A stretch of DNA of 63,853 nt, counting the filler. It is 4 parts of 4 records of this genome, joined end to end, with 100 filler letters (N's around TTAATTAATTAA, not from the genome) between each part and the next. Parts side by side here need not be neighbours in the genome. Positions count along the whole stretch, not along the records: positions 16,670 to 40,139 come from SRR31156797_4935; positions 40,240 to 56,770 come from SRR31156797_4945; 2 more parts are not named here. One strand, written 5' to 3'. Position numbers and translations under genes: made by a program. The notes below the pieces were generated by a model. It had not been told where the DNA came from and searched no databases. It saw only the letters and a list, made by a program, of their open reading frames with translations. This document shows, one piece after another, positions 32,032-41,623 of this stretch. How positions within the stretch are numbered: the first letter of the stretch is position 1; every line of letters starts with the position of its first letter.

Positions 32032-32597
32032 TTTGGAAAGACGTTTGATTCAACGATTTCACAAAGTATATGTCCGAGTAAAATATGGGCTTCCTGTATC
32101 CTGGGCGTATCACTACTTGGCACATTCAGCAAGTAGGTACACAGCTCTTTCATTTTGCCACCTGATTTACCGGTAAGGCCAATAGTAATCATTCCGGCCT
32201 CATTGGCAGCTTCGACAGCCCTCACTATGTTAGCCGAGTTTCCCGAAGTTGACAAGGCAAATAATACATCACCTCTACGGCCTTTTGCTTTTACCAGTCT
32301 GGCAAATATTTCATCAAAGGAATAGTCGTTGGCTACTGCTGTGAGGTAAGATGTATTTACATGCAAAGCCTCGGCAAATAAAGGCGGGCGGTCGTAATAA
32401 AAACGACCGGATAATTCTGCAGCCAAATGTTGGGCATCTGCAGCGCTGCCTCCGTTGCCACAAAACAATACTTTTCGATCATTCCTGAAAGCATCTGTTA
32501 CAATCCTGCTAAGCTTATCAAGTGTGTCAATCATTGGCTGATCATCGAGGATGGCCTTTTTAACATTGATTGATTCCTGTATGGTGTTTTTAATCAT
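32028..32597 (-). CDS. gmhA: Phosphoheptose isomerase
   Basis: CGNGGSAADAQH.AAEL, ANDY, STSGNS, RIQE.H. Confidence 0.95.
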   Translation of the reverse strand: MIKNTIQESINVKKAILDDQPMIDTLDKLSRIVTDAFRNDRKVLFCGNGGSAADAQHLAAELSGRFYYDRPPLFAEALHVNTSYLTAVANDYSFDEIFARLVKAKGRRGDVLFALSTSGNSANIVRAVEAANEAGMITIGLTGKSGGKMKELCTYLLNVPSSDTPRIQEAHILLGHILCEIVESNVFPK

Positions 32598-32682
32598 TTC
32601 TACCTGTAAAAATTGCGGGTGCAAAAGTAACCTTTTAAATGCACATTACATTTTTGTAAAAAAGTAACAGTAGGGTCAAAAT

Positions 32683-34458
32683 CTAATCCATCGAAACATC
32701 CTTCAGGACTTTGCGGTAGGCCTTGAAAATATTTGCCCGGGAAACAAATCCGATATATTTTCCATTGTCTACCACCGGAAGGTTATAGTAACCGGTATTC
32801 CGGAACTTTTCCATTACCGTTTCCATAGAATCGGAATATGATACTTTTTCCTTCACATCAAGGATATATTCGGAAATTGGATTCTGATATTTTTCTTCGT
32901 GAAACATATCGAGCCTAACATCGTCCATATCAACAACTCCGATGTAATGACCATCGTCATCCACAACCGGAAAAAGATTTCTCTTCGATTTTTCGATCAG
33001 TTTTGTCAGTTCACCGAGGTTGCTTTCAGGAGAGATCGTTAACAGGTCTGTATCGATAACACGCTTAACGTTAAGCAGGGTCAGGACGGTTTTGTCCTTA
33101 TCATGTGTGATGAGGTTTCCGCTTTCGGCGAGTTGTCGGGTAAAAATAGAATGGGGGCTAAACGTTTTTATGGTGATAAATGAGATTGCTGTTGTAAGCA
33201 TCAACGGGACAATAAGTTCGTAACCGTTGGTCATTTCGGCAATCAGGAATATCGCGGTTAGCGGTGCATGCAAAACGCCTCCCAATACCCCGGCCATTCC
33301 CACCAGGGTAAAATTACCTTCGTGCAAAGGATCAGTAATGCCCAGCATATTAATACCACGCGAAATGGTAAAACCGGTAAGTCCACCCATTACTGCGGCA
33401 GGAGCGAAAATCCCTCCTATTCCACCTGCTTCAACAGTTAGTGTGGTGGCGATAATTTTTGTTACGATCAGCAGACAGAGGAAAAGGATAAACACCCATG
33501 AAATCTCCCGGTAATCGTACAATGCTGTATTGTTAAGCAATTGGTCGGATTGCCCGGTCATAATCAGTTTTATGGCAGCATACCCCTCTCCATAGAGCGG
33601 AGGCAGCAGGAATATAAGAATCCCCAGAGCCACGCCACCGATGAGTAATTTTTTCAGGTAATGGTCGATTTTCCGAAATTGTGTTTTGATATATTCGTGC
33701 ATCCAGGTAAAATAAAGCGAGACCAATCCGCATAGGACGCCAAGTAATATATAAAGATGAACATCATTAACCTCGAAAGGCTGTGTTACCGAAAAGTGGA
33801 TCAAAATCTCATCAGCCAAAAGTAGTTTTGTTGTAATGGCTCCTGTAACGGATGCAATCAGCAGTGGGATAATAGAAACAGTGGTGAGGTCCAGCATGAG
33901 AACTTCAAGACTAAAAATCACGGCAGCGATAGGCGTTGTAAAGATGGACGCCATAGCTCCGGCTGCACCACATCCGATAAGGAGTGTTGTATTTTTATAG
34001 TTCAGGCGTAGTGTCTGTCCCAGGCCGGAACCAATGGATGCTCCCGCAGAAATAATCGGTGACTCAAGCCCAATTGACCCACCAAAACCAGCCGTGAATG
34101 AACTCCCCAGTACCGACGAAAAAAACTTATGGCGTTTCATTTTGCCATCCAGCCGGGATATGACATATAAAATCCGCGGAATACCATGTGCTGAAGGGTC
34201 TTTTATCAGAAACCGGATCAGGACCACGGCAATGGCGATTCCAATGGCCGGGTACAAAATATACCAGATGTTTTGACTGGAGATATTAAAAAACCCTGTA
34301 AGCTCATTTTTAATGTAAAAAACAAAGGATTTAAGCAGGTATGATGACAAACCGGCACCAAGGCCAATGATAACGCTCAGAATGATCACAAAATAGTTAT
34401 CGGGCAGGTTTCGCAGACGCCAGACTAAAAATCTCCGGATAACAGCCTTTGAATTCAT
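32683..34458 (-). CDS. ClC chloride channel/antiporter with CBS domains
   Basis: HGIP, GGSIGLESP, GGIFAP, HAPLT; C-terminal CBS pair. Confidence 0.9.
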   Translation of the reverse strand: MNSKAVIRRFLVWRLRNLPDNYFVIILSVIIGLGAGLSSYLLKSFVFYIKNELTGFFNISSQNIWYILYPAIGIAIAVVLIRFLIKDPSAHGIPRILYVISRLDGKMKRHKFFSSVLGSSFTAGFGGSIGLESPIISAGASIGSGLGQTLRLNYKNTTLLIGCGAAGAMASIFTTPIAAVIFSLEVLMLDLTTVSIIPLLIASVTGAITTKLLLADEILIHFSVTQPFEVNDVHLYILLGVLCGLVSLYFTWMHEYIKTQFRKIDHYLKKLLIGGVALGILIFLLPPLYGEGYAAIKLIMTGQSDQLLNNTALYDYREISWVFILFLCLLIVTKIIATTLTVEAGGIGGIFAPAAVMGGLTGFTISRGINMLGITDPLHEGNFTLVGMAGVLGGVLHAPLTAIFLIAEMTNGYELIVPLMLTTAISFITIKTFSPHSIFTRQLAESGNLITHDKDKTVLTLLNVKRVIDTDLLTISPESNLGELTKLIEKSKRNLFPVVDDDGHYIGVVDMDDVRLDMFHEEKYQNPISEYILDVKEKVSYSDSMETVMEKFRNTGYYNLPVVDNGKYIGFVSRANIFKAYRKVLKDVSMD

Positions 34459-34739
34459 GCCGTGAAAATAACCAAAAAATCCTGTGAAAAACAATTAACC
34501 TTACCAGTTTGTGCATATTTTTTTACAAAAATCAGGATATATCTGGCCATTTCCGCGTAGATATGGTAAGCGAAATTTAACAGATATTTAATCCGAGATA
34601 TTTAGAATTTTCTACTTTTGCCACCACATGGAGGTTAAAATGGAAGTATCTTATTAGTCAAGTTTTTTGCTTATTAATATTTTCCTGCCTTTTGGTCTCA
34701 ACAGTTTACTTACATTTTTATTAATTTTTATTACGTATT

Positions 34740-35036
34740 ATGAAAATATTTGTTGCAAACCTGAATTTCAACCTTCAGGAAGAAACTTTAAAGGAAATTT
34801 TTGAAGCCCACGGACAGGTTGACTCCGCAAGGATCATTACCGACCGTAACACCGGCCGTTCCAAGGGTTTTGGTTTTATTGAGATGCCTAACGAAGACGA
34901 GGCCAGTAGTGCTGTCGAGGCATTGAACAACACAGAGGTAGAAGGCAGAAATCTGGTTGTTAAAGAATCTGAAGAAAGGCCACAACGCCCAAGGTTCACC
35001 AACCGCAGACCATACGACGGAGACAGCAGGTATTAA
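34740..35036 (+). CDS. RRM RNA-binding protein
   Basis: RNP2 IFVANL and RNP1 KGFGFIEM. Confidence 0.93.
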   Translation: MKIFVANLNFNLQEETLKEIFEAHGQVDSARIITDRNTGRSKGFGFIEMPNEDEASSAVEALNNTEVEGRNLVVKESEERPQRPRFTNRRPYDGDSRY

Positions 35037-35069
35037 TTTCCTGACGGTATTTAAAAACATTTGAATGTT

Positions 35070-35099
35070 AACGGCCTTGTGTAAAAACAAGGCCGTTTT
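35070..35099. terminator. Terminator between convergent genes
   Basis: AACGGCCTTGT/ACAAGGCCGTT followed by T-run. Confidence 0.75.
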
Positions 35100-35130
35100 A
35101 TTTTGCCCTTAATCTATTTTCACTCCTGCT

Positions 35131-36438
35131 CTATTTGGTTGATGCAGTTAACACCCTGAAATATTCCTGCCAGTCCCAGTATCCCTCACCATAAAAACAT
35201 TCGTCCCAGGAGTAGGTCATTTTCAAATTAAAAACAACAAACAACAAAACCACCAGCCAGAACAATACCTGTATGCCAGCCGGCTTTTTCAACATGTCAC
35301 GGTAAAGTGAAGCAAGCGGAACTGCAAATACACCCAGGAACTCCACATAATTTCTTGCACCAAAACCACAACCGAAATCGGGCACCCACCAACATGAAAA
35401 AACATAGCTTATTACTACAAAGAGAATCAGAAACTTCAATCCACGGTGTCTATCAGAATTGTTCAGCAGCAATCGCAATATCGAAAGAAGAATGATGAGA
35501 AAATAGGGTGTAAAGAGCAAGAGGCCATTATTCGGCGAGCACAGTGTGATGTGAATCTGTGGTTTAAGCCAGTTAAACCCTTCTCCACCATATGAATACA
35601 ATGTTGGTTCGCCATATGCATGGCTCCAGTATATGACCTGTGGTATTATCAGGAATAATGCAGGCAATATTATCAACAACAATTTACCAGGCCGAAAAAC
35701 GGGTGTCAACTTCTGCCAAAAGTCCACTTTTCCATCCACATGGAGCGCAACAGCGAAAACAACAAATATCAAATTTGTAGGCCTTACCAGAAATATAATG
35801 GCTGCAGTAATTGCTACAACAAACAACCTCCACCCGCCTGACTTTAGGTCTTTTAACCAGTTTTGCATCATCAGCAAAAATGCAGCAAACAAAAAGAAGG
35901 AATATACATGCGACATCCCGGTTTCGTCGATGGCATAGTAATATAGGTTTGTGCCAAACAGCAAGGAAAACAACACCAGGAATACCACCATATCGGGATA
36001 GGATTTTCGCAAAAAATAGAACAAAAGTAACATGCCCATTACGAGGTAAAATATGGCCGCCAAATTAATGGCTTTGTGATATACCGGAGCAAAGCCATCT
36101 GCTGATTGTCCCAATACTGGGGCTATCAAATCTGCCATCACGTAAAATGGAAACTGCATCAGTGCTGTTCCGTAAGTATATTTCGTGATTACCCGCTGAT
36201 TTTCTAAATCCAGGTGAAAACCACTTCCCGTTTTCACATCCACAGAATCAGGAAAAGCAGCAGGATCAAAACCATATTTTAGCGCTGCAGGCAGGTACAT
36301 ATAATAACCGGCCTTATCGCCCCAGATTTCGCTGTGGTAATTAAAATACCCCGATTTGCTGTGGCGGTTCATGGTAAGGAAAAGCATCAATCCGGCAAAA
36401 ACCAGCCAAAGTGCGATATGATTGGACTTTTTGTGCAT
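35131..36438 (-). CDS. GT-C-like integral membrane glycosyltransferase
   Basis: WGD..GYY.YLP, KY..G.A, MSH.YSF, VRP, GFG.R motifs with multiple TMs. Confidence 0.65.
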   Translation of the reverse strand: MHKKSNHIALWLVFAGLMLFLTMNRHSKSGYFNYHSEIWGDKAGYYMYLPAALKYGFDPAAFPDSVDVKTGSGFHLDLENQRVITKYTYGTALMQFPFYVMADLIAPVLGQSADGFAPVYHKAINLAAIFYLVMGMLLLFYFLRKSYPDMVVFLVLFSLLFGTNLYYYAIDETGMSHVYSFFLFAAFLLMMQNWLKDLKSGGWRLFVVAITAAIIFLVRPTNLIFVVFAVALHVDGKVDFWQKLTPVFRPGKLLLIILPALFLIIPQVIYWSHAYGEPTLYSYGGEGFNWLKPQIHITLCSPNNGLLLFTPYFLIILLSILRLLLNNSDRHRGLKFLILFVVISYVFSCWWVPDFGCGFGARNYVEFLGVFAVPLASLYRDMLKKPAGIQVLFWLVVLLFVVFNLKMTYSWDECFYGEGYWDWQEYFRVLTASTK

Positions 36439-36615
36439 TTACCGGCAAAACTAAACAAAAGAATGTTGGCTAAAAGTGGTAAAAATTCCTGGACTGAATT
36501 CGGATTTCTGATCTCACGTTATCCGATATACATAAGGGATTTGATACATTTGTGGAGAAATCAAAATTAAAGGCATAAGATTTAGAAACTTATACCCTAT
36601 TGTAAACAATCAAAG

Positions 36616-37496
36616 ATGGACAGATTTACCGAAAACATTAATCACCAGTTCCAATTTAATCAGGACAAAAATATTTTTCATGAGAACCTGGAAATATTCC
36701 AATTTACCCATGAAACCGTAAAAGCAATTTCAAATATGGAGCGGATAACTCCAGAATCAAAACAATCCTTAATTGATTATGCAACAGATAAAGCAATCGA
36801 AGAATTTTGCAGAGTAAATCAATACTACGCGTTTGACTTAAATGCCAAAAACAACCTGAAAAAAATTTACGCTGACTTATTTGAAAACTTGCAGACCAAG
36901 GCAAACAAAATTGAGGATATTTCAAAAATACATTACGAAAAACTTAAGAAATGGCTAAAAGAGAATAATCCGTTTGCTGAAAAAATTTATAAAAATGGCA
37001 GCGAAACGGTGAATCCGGTAGCATGTTCTGAATATACCCCATCATTGCAAATTGATATTCTACAGATCGATATTAAACATCTAAAACAACCCGTTTTGGA
37101 TATTGGCTGTGGAATTAACGGACATTTGGTAAATTATTTTAATACCCGAAAAATCGAAGCTTTTGGAATTGACAGGCTTAAGTTTTCATCGCCATATTTA
37201 CTAACGTCTGATTGGCTGGAATTCGATTATGGAAAAGAAAAAGGGGAACAATAGTCAGTAACCTGGGTTTTTCAAATCATTTTCATCACCATAATCTGAG
37301 AGATGACGGAAACTATATTGAATACGGCAAAATTTATATAAATATTTTAAACGGACTGAAAGCAGGTGGCTGCTTCCACTACGCACCAGATTTACCATTC
37401 ATTGAAAAACATCTTGACAATAACCAGTTTGACTTAAGAAAGCACCTGATCAAGGAATACGATTTTAAAACGACAGTTATAACAAGACTCAAATAA
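36616..37496 (+). pseudogene. Class I SAM-dependent methyltransferase, frameshifted near 37243
   Basis: VLDIGCG motif in ORF 36616-37254; continuation GTIVSNLGF...LKAGG in the next frame (37212-37496). Confidence 0.75.
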
Positions 37497-37698
37497 TATT
37501 CAGCAGCTCAGTAATATACCAGAATTTTTGCCCGGTAAGTGAATATTCAGGCGGATTTAAAATGTCTCAAATTTGCATTGATTTGGGAATTTTCACAATT
37601 GCTCATGGTTAATATCAGGTTTTTAGTGTTTGTCGGTTCCAACAATTGATTCGGGAGATTGTTATTTACGGTTGTTACATTTATATAAATAATCGGAT

Positions 37699-38250
37699 AT
37701 GGATAAAGCAGCCCAAACAATGATTGATAACCTGATTAAAAATACAGGTAAAACACTTGAACAATGGATTGAAATTGTCAGGAAGGAAAATTTCGCAAAG
37801 CATGGAGAGGTCGTCAAATTCCTAAAAGGAACGCATAATATAACCCATGGATTTGCCAACCTGATTGCACACAAAGCAAAAGGGTCTGATTCAGGATCTG
37901 CGGAAAACCGGGACGATTTAGTAATCGATCAATATAAAGGAAAAGAGCATTTAAAACCGCTCTACGACAAGCTTATTTCTGAAATCAAAAACCTTGGCGA
38001 TGATATTGAAATCGCACCTAAAAAGGCTTATGTTAGCCTTAGGAGAAAGAAACAATTTGCAACCCTGCAACCTGCAACGAAAACAAGATTTGAAATCGGG
38101 ATAAACCTAAAAGGACAAGAGCCAAAAGGGAAACTGGAAGCTGAAAAACCAAATTCGATGTGTTCGCATAAAATTAAAATCACAGATATTAAAGACCTGG
38201 ATAACGAAATTTTGGGCTGGATAAAAACAGCCTATGATTCAGCGGGCTAA
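37699..38250 (+). CDS. DUF4287 + DUF5655 domain protein
   Basis: N...TGK.L..W, KHGE....LK....HG.AN, PKK.YVSLRR.KQFA, W...AY. Confidence 0.8.
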   Translation: MDKAAQTMIDNLIKNTGKTLEQWIEIVRKENFAKHGEVVKFLKGTHNITHGFANLIAHKAKGSDSGSAENRDDLVIDQYKGKEHLKPLYDKLISEIKNLGDDIEIAPKKAYVSLRRKKQFATLQPATKTRFEIGINLKGQEPKGKLEAEKPNSMCSHKIKITDIKDLDNEILGWIKTAYDSAG

Positions 38251-38276
38251 ATCAGCTAATAAAAACATACTTCAGG

Positions 38277-38465
38277 ATGGATAGAAATATTTTCTTAGTT
38301 ATCATTTCGATAGTCACTTTGTTGACAGCATGAAAACAAAATACGCCAAAAGAAGCCAGATCAGACCTGATAAATGAATATGCCATAGCCTATAACGATT
38401 CGCAAATATTGAAGTGGCCTTTACAACCGAATGCATGCCTGATCAATGAAAATTTGAAGTTTTAA
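38277..38465 (+). pseudogene. Remnant of a lipoprotein gene
   Basis: MDRNIFLVIISIVTLLTA-TGA-KQNTPKE...; TGA at the lipobox Cys position (38331-38333). Confidence 0.45.
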
Positions 38466-38670
38466 ACTTGTTCATGCCTTAGTGGCCAGGGTTTGATTTT
38501 AGGATTGATATAAATTTACCTTTCGCCCGTAAACTTATTCACTATCGGTACCATTAATGTACTTTGATTATTCTGTTTCAAAATACATGAAATAAACCAG
38601 GATCATTTCTGCAAAATATAATAGGCGGAAATTTTGTTTATATCAGGACAACACACCAAAACATGATAAA

Positions 38671-39534
38671 ATGAAAAAACTGATCATACTTTTCTTCTGT
38701 TATTCTCTGGGGCTTTCCATTATACAGGCTCATCCTGGCATTGGCATTGTTATGGACAGCAAGGGCAATGTTTTCTATACAGACCTAACTCATGTCTGGA
38801 AAATTTCGGCTGACGGAGAACGGTCGATAGCTGTAAGAAATGTCCATACGCACGAACTTTACATTGACGTACAGGACAACCTCTACGGAGAACATGAATG
38901 GTACGAAGGTGAAGCAACAGATAAATGGGGAAACCATGTTTGGTGCCTGGCCAATGATGGCGTTTTGAAAAAAACCAACCCTGATGTTGAAGGATTTCTG
39001 GATAATAACACCCTGGTCAGAGATATTGAAGGCAACAGCCATTGGGCAAAAAAATCAGCTGATCATGAAATATTGATGAAACAAAATGTTGATGGTCAAA
39101 ACGTTGAATTCACCCAACACCACTTCGATGACATCCGTTGGATGTACTATTCAAAAGATGATAAAAACCTTTATGTGGTAGACCAATTGAAAATAAAAAA
39201 AGTAACCCCATCAGGAAAAGTGAAGATTGTGGCAGATGGACTTAAAGAAGACAGTCCACCTTTTGAAGGGGTAGCAGACCGTCATTATGTCTTTGGGTTG
39301 TGGACAGACAGCAATAACAATTTGTATACAGCATTGTACGGAGCTGGCAAAGTGAAGAAGTTTTGCGCCAATGGCGATAAATTAACAGTTTTTGAATCGC
39401 CGGAAGGATGGTCGCCATGTGGAGGAATGGTTGCCCCCGACGGATCACTCTGGATAATGGAGTTTTCAGATAAAAACACGATCCGCATAAGAAAAATTAA
39501 TCCGGATGGGTCACACGAATTATTTGAGGATTAA
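38671..39534 (+). CDS. Exported NHL/SMP-30-like beta-propeller protein
   Basis: Signal peptide; repeated D..GN.Y and PDG blades. Confidence 0.65.
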   Translation: MKKLIILFFCYSLGLSIIQAHPGIGIVMDSKGNVFYTDLTHVWKISADGERSIAVRNVHTHELYIDVQDNLYGEHEWYEGEATDKWGNHVWCLANDGVLKKTNPDVEGFLDNNTLVRDIEGNSHWAKKSADHEILMKQNVDGQNVEFTQHHFDDIRWMYYSKDDKNLYVVDQLKIKKVTPSGKVKIVADGLKEDSPPFEGVADRHYVFGLWTDSNNNLYTALYGAGKVKKFCANGDKLTVFESPEGWSPCGGMVAPDGSLWIMEFSDKNTIRIRKINPDGSHELFED

Positions 39535-39837
39535 TTTATCTCCACAAATAAAAACTACCTCGATTGGAATGCCTACAATGGGATACTGGTTTTAAATACT
39601 TTACCACTCTTCCTTCTCTCGCAATGCTTACTACTTATCTATAGCTTTAGCTGGAACAAATTTGTTGCTTTAGGCATCTCCATAAGCAATTTATAAACAG
39701 CATTTTGAAAGGTAATCAATTCATAACCTTTTCGTGATTTTTTCGTGATATGTTGAGCATAGTTTTGCCACCAACAATTTGATCTTCAATGCTATCAAAT
39801 CAATTTAATTTTTCAAACAGTTAAAAGGAGATTTACC

Positions 39838-40139
39838 ATGAAAAAACTAAAAGTACTATTCTTAATGTCACTGCTTGGCGTCTTTACAACTTTAAATGCT
39901 CAAATTACTTCTGACACGGTAAGTATCGACCGCTTCAGCGATGAAGCCGGTCATCTGTTTATCAGGAATGCTGAAAACGGATTACCCGAAGCCAACGAAC
40001 CCGTTAATTTTGATATGGAACCGTTCTTCACCAAAGGCCTGGGCCCAAATGGTGAACTGATCGGCTATTACAACTTTGACGTGATGCCCACCGAACCGGC
40101 TCCCATTTATGTGCTGTTTCGTGAAGGTGAAATGACTCC
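39838..40139 (+). CDS. Secreted hypothetical protein, 3' truncated
   Basis: AGGAG RBS, signal peptide ending LNA-Q; frame open into the spacer. Confidence 0.7.
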
Positions 40140-40239
40140 NNNNNNNNNNNNNNNNNNNNNNNNNNNNNNNNNNNNNNNNNNNNTTAATTAATTAANNNNN
40201 NNNNNNNNNNNNNNNNNNNNNNNNNNNNNNNNNNNNNNN
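40140..40239. other. Artificial contig spacer
   Basis: N44-TTAATTAATTAA-N44. Confidence 0.98.
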
Positions 40240-40240
40240 G

Positions 40241-41623
40241 AGCCATGAAATCCGCACCCCCATGAACGCAATACTCGGTTTTTCCGAAATCATGAAAGGA
40301 AAAGTCAAAGACGCCCAACTGACCCATTACCTTGAGTCCATCCACTCCAGCGGAAAATCTTTGTTGAAACTTATCAATGATATTCTGGATCTTTCCAAGG
40401 TGGAAGCCGGTAAGCTGCGACTCGAATATACCGCCGTCTCACCCCAAAAACTGTTCAATGAAATGGAAAACATCTTTGGCCGGAAGATCAGGGACAAGGG
40501 TCTTGAACTTATAATAGATATTCCGGCAACCCTTCCGGAAACCCTTCTACTGGATGAAATCCGACTGAGACAGATCCTGCTCAACCTGATCGGCAATGCC
40601 ATAAAGTTTACAGAGGAAGGCTCAGTCAGGCTTGCGGTGAATTACCACTATCCTGAGAATACTCAACACAGCACCCTTGATTTTATCTTTTCCGTGGAAG
40701 ACACGGGGATGGGGATTCCTGAAGACCAGCTTGAGTCCATATTCAGTGCATTTACTCAAATCAAGGGTCAGAAAACATCTCAATTCGGGGGAACCGGCCT
40801 TGGATTGGCAATCACCAAACGCCTGATTGAAATGATGAACGGAAAAATCAGTGTCAAAAGTGATGTCGGTAAAGGTTCCGCCTTCAGGATTCTCCTGAAA
40901 GACGTGGAAATCTCATCTGTGGAATCCATGGCATCACAACAGAACAAAAAAATAGACCTTGCATCAATCCGGTTTGAAAATAGCACGATCCTGATTACAG
41001 ATGATATCGAGTTTAACAGGGAGCTTTTGAGATGTTTTCTTGAAGATTATGATTTCACACTGCTGGAGGCGGAAAACGGCAGGGAGGCCATCGAAAAAGC
41101 CGGGGAATACCACCCGGATCTGATTCTCATGGATATGGAAATGCCGGAAATGAACGGATATGAAGCCGTAGCAATTCTCAAGAAGGATGAGAAGTTAAAA
41201 GAGATCCCCGTTGTAGCGGTAACAGCCTCGGCAATGAAAAAAGATGAAGAAATAATCAAAAAGCTGTGCGATTCCTACCTGAAGAAGCCGGTAAGCAAAA
41301 CAGACCTGATTGCAGAGGTGATGAAATTTCTGTCATACACCAGGATCAAAACGGAGCCTGCCGGTTCCGTTCCCGGCTTGAAAGAAGGTACGGAAGTGAG
41401 AATGATCCCTCCACCTGCTGAAGAGATGGAAGTATTGCATGATCTTGCCATGAGGGGCAATATGAACGGAATTCTGAAACAGGCGGATCGTCTGGAACAC
41501 CTGAACAAGCAATATTTCAACTTTGCCGGCAAACTACGGGAATTAGCCAAAGGCTACCTGGACGATGAGCTATTGATCTTTATCAGGCAATATTTGGAGA
41601 AGCCAGATGACCATGACCGATAA
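40241..41623 (+). CDS. Hybrid histidine kinase (HisKA-HATPase-REC), 5' truncated
   Basis: Begins at SHEIRTPMN; NLIGNAIKF, DTGMGI, GGTGLGL; REC domain with LMD..MP and KP. Confidence 0.9.
   Translation, partial: SHEIRTPMNAILGFSEIMKGKVKDAQLTHYLESIHSSGKSLLKLINDILDLSKVEAGKLRLEYTAVSPQKLFNEMENIFGRKIRDKGLELIIDIPATLPETLLLDEIRLRQILLNLIGNAIKFTEEGSVRLAVNYHYPENTQHSTLDFIFSVEDTGMGIPEDQLESIFSAFTQIKGQKTSQFGGTGLGLAITKRLIEMMNGKISVKSDVGKGSAFRILLKDVEISSVESMASQQNKKIDLASIRFENSTILITDDIEFNRELLRCFLEDYDFTLLEAENGREAIEKAGEYHPDLILMDMEMPEMNGYEAVAILKKDEKLKEIPVVAVTASAMKKDEEIIKKLCDSYLKKPVSKTDLIAEVMKFLSYTRIKTEPAGSVPGLKEGTEVRMIPPPAEEMEVLHDLAMRGNMNGILKQADRLEHLNKQYFNFAGKLRELAKGYLDDELLIFIRQYLEKPDDHDR

Noticed and set aside
36500-36578. 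Short frame RISDLTLSDIHKGFDTFVEKSKLKA-stop, perhaps a gene tail
   Set aside because: Too short to assign, with no start codon or recognisable family
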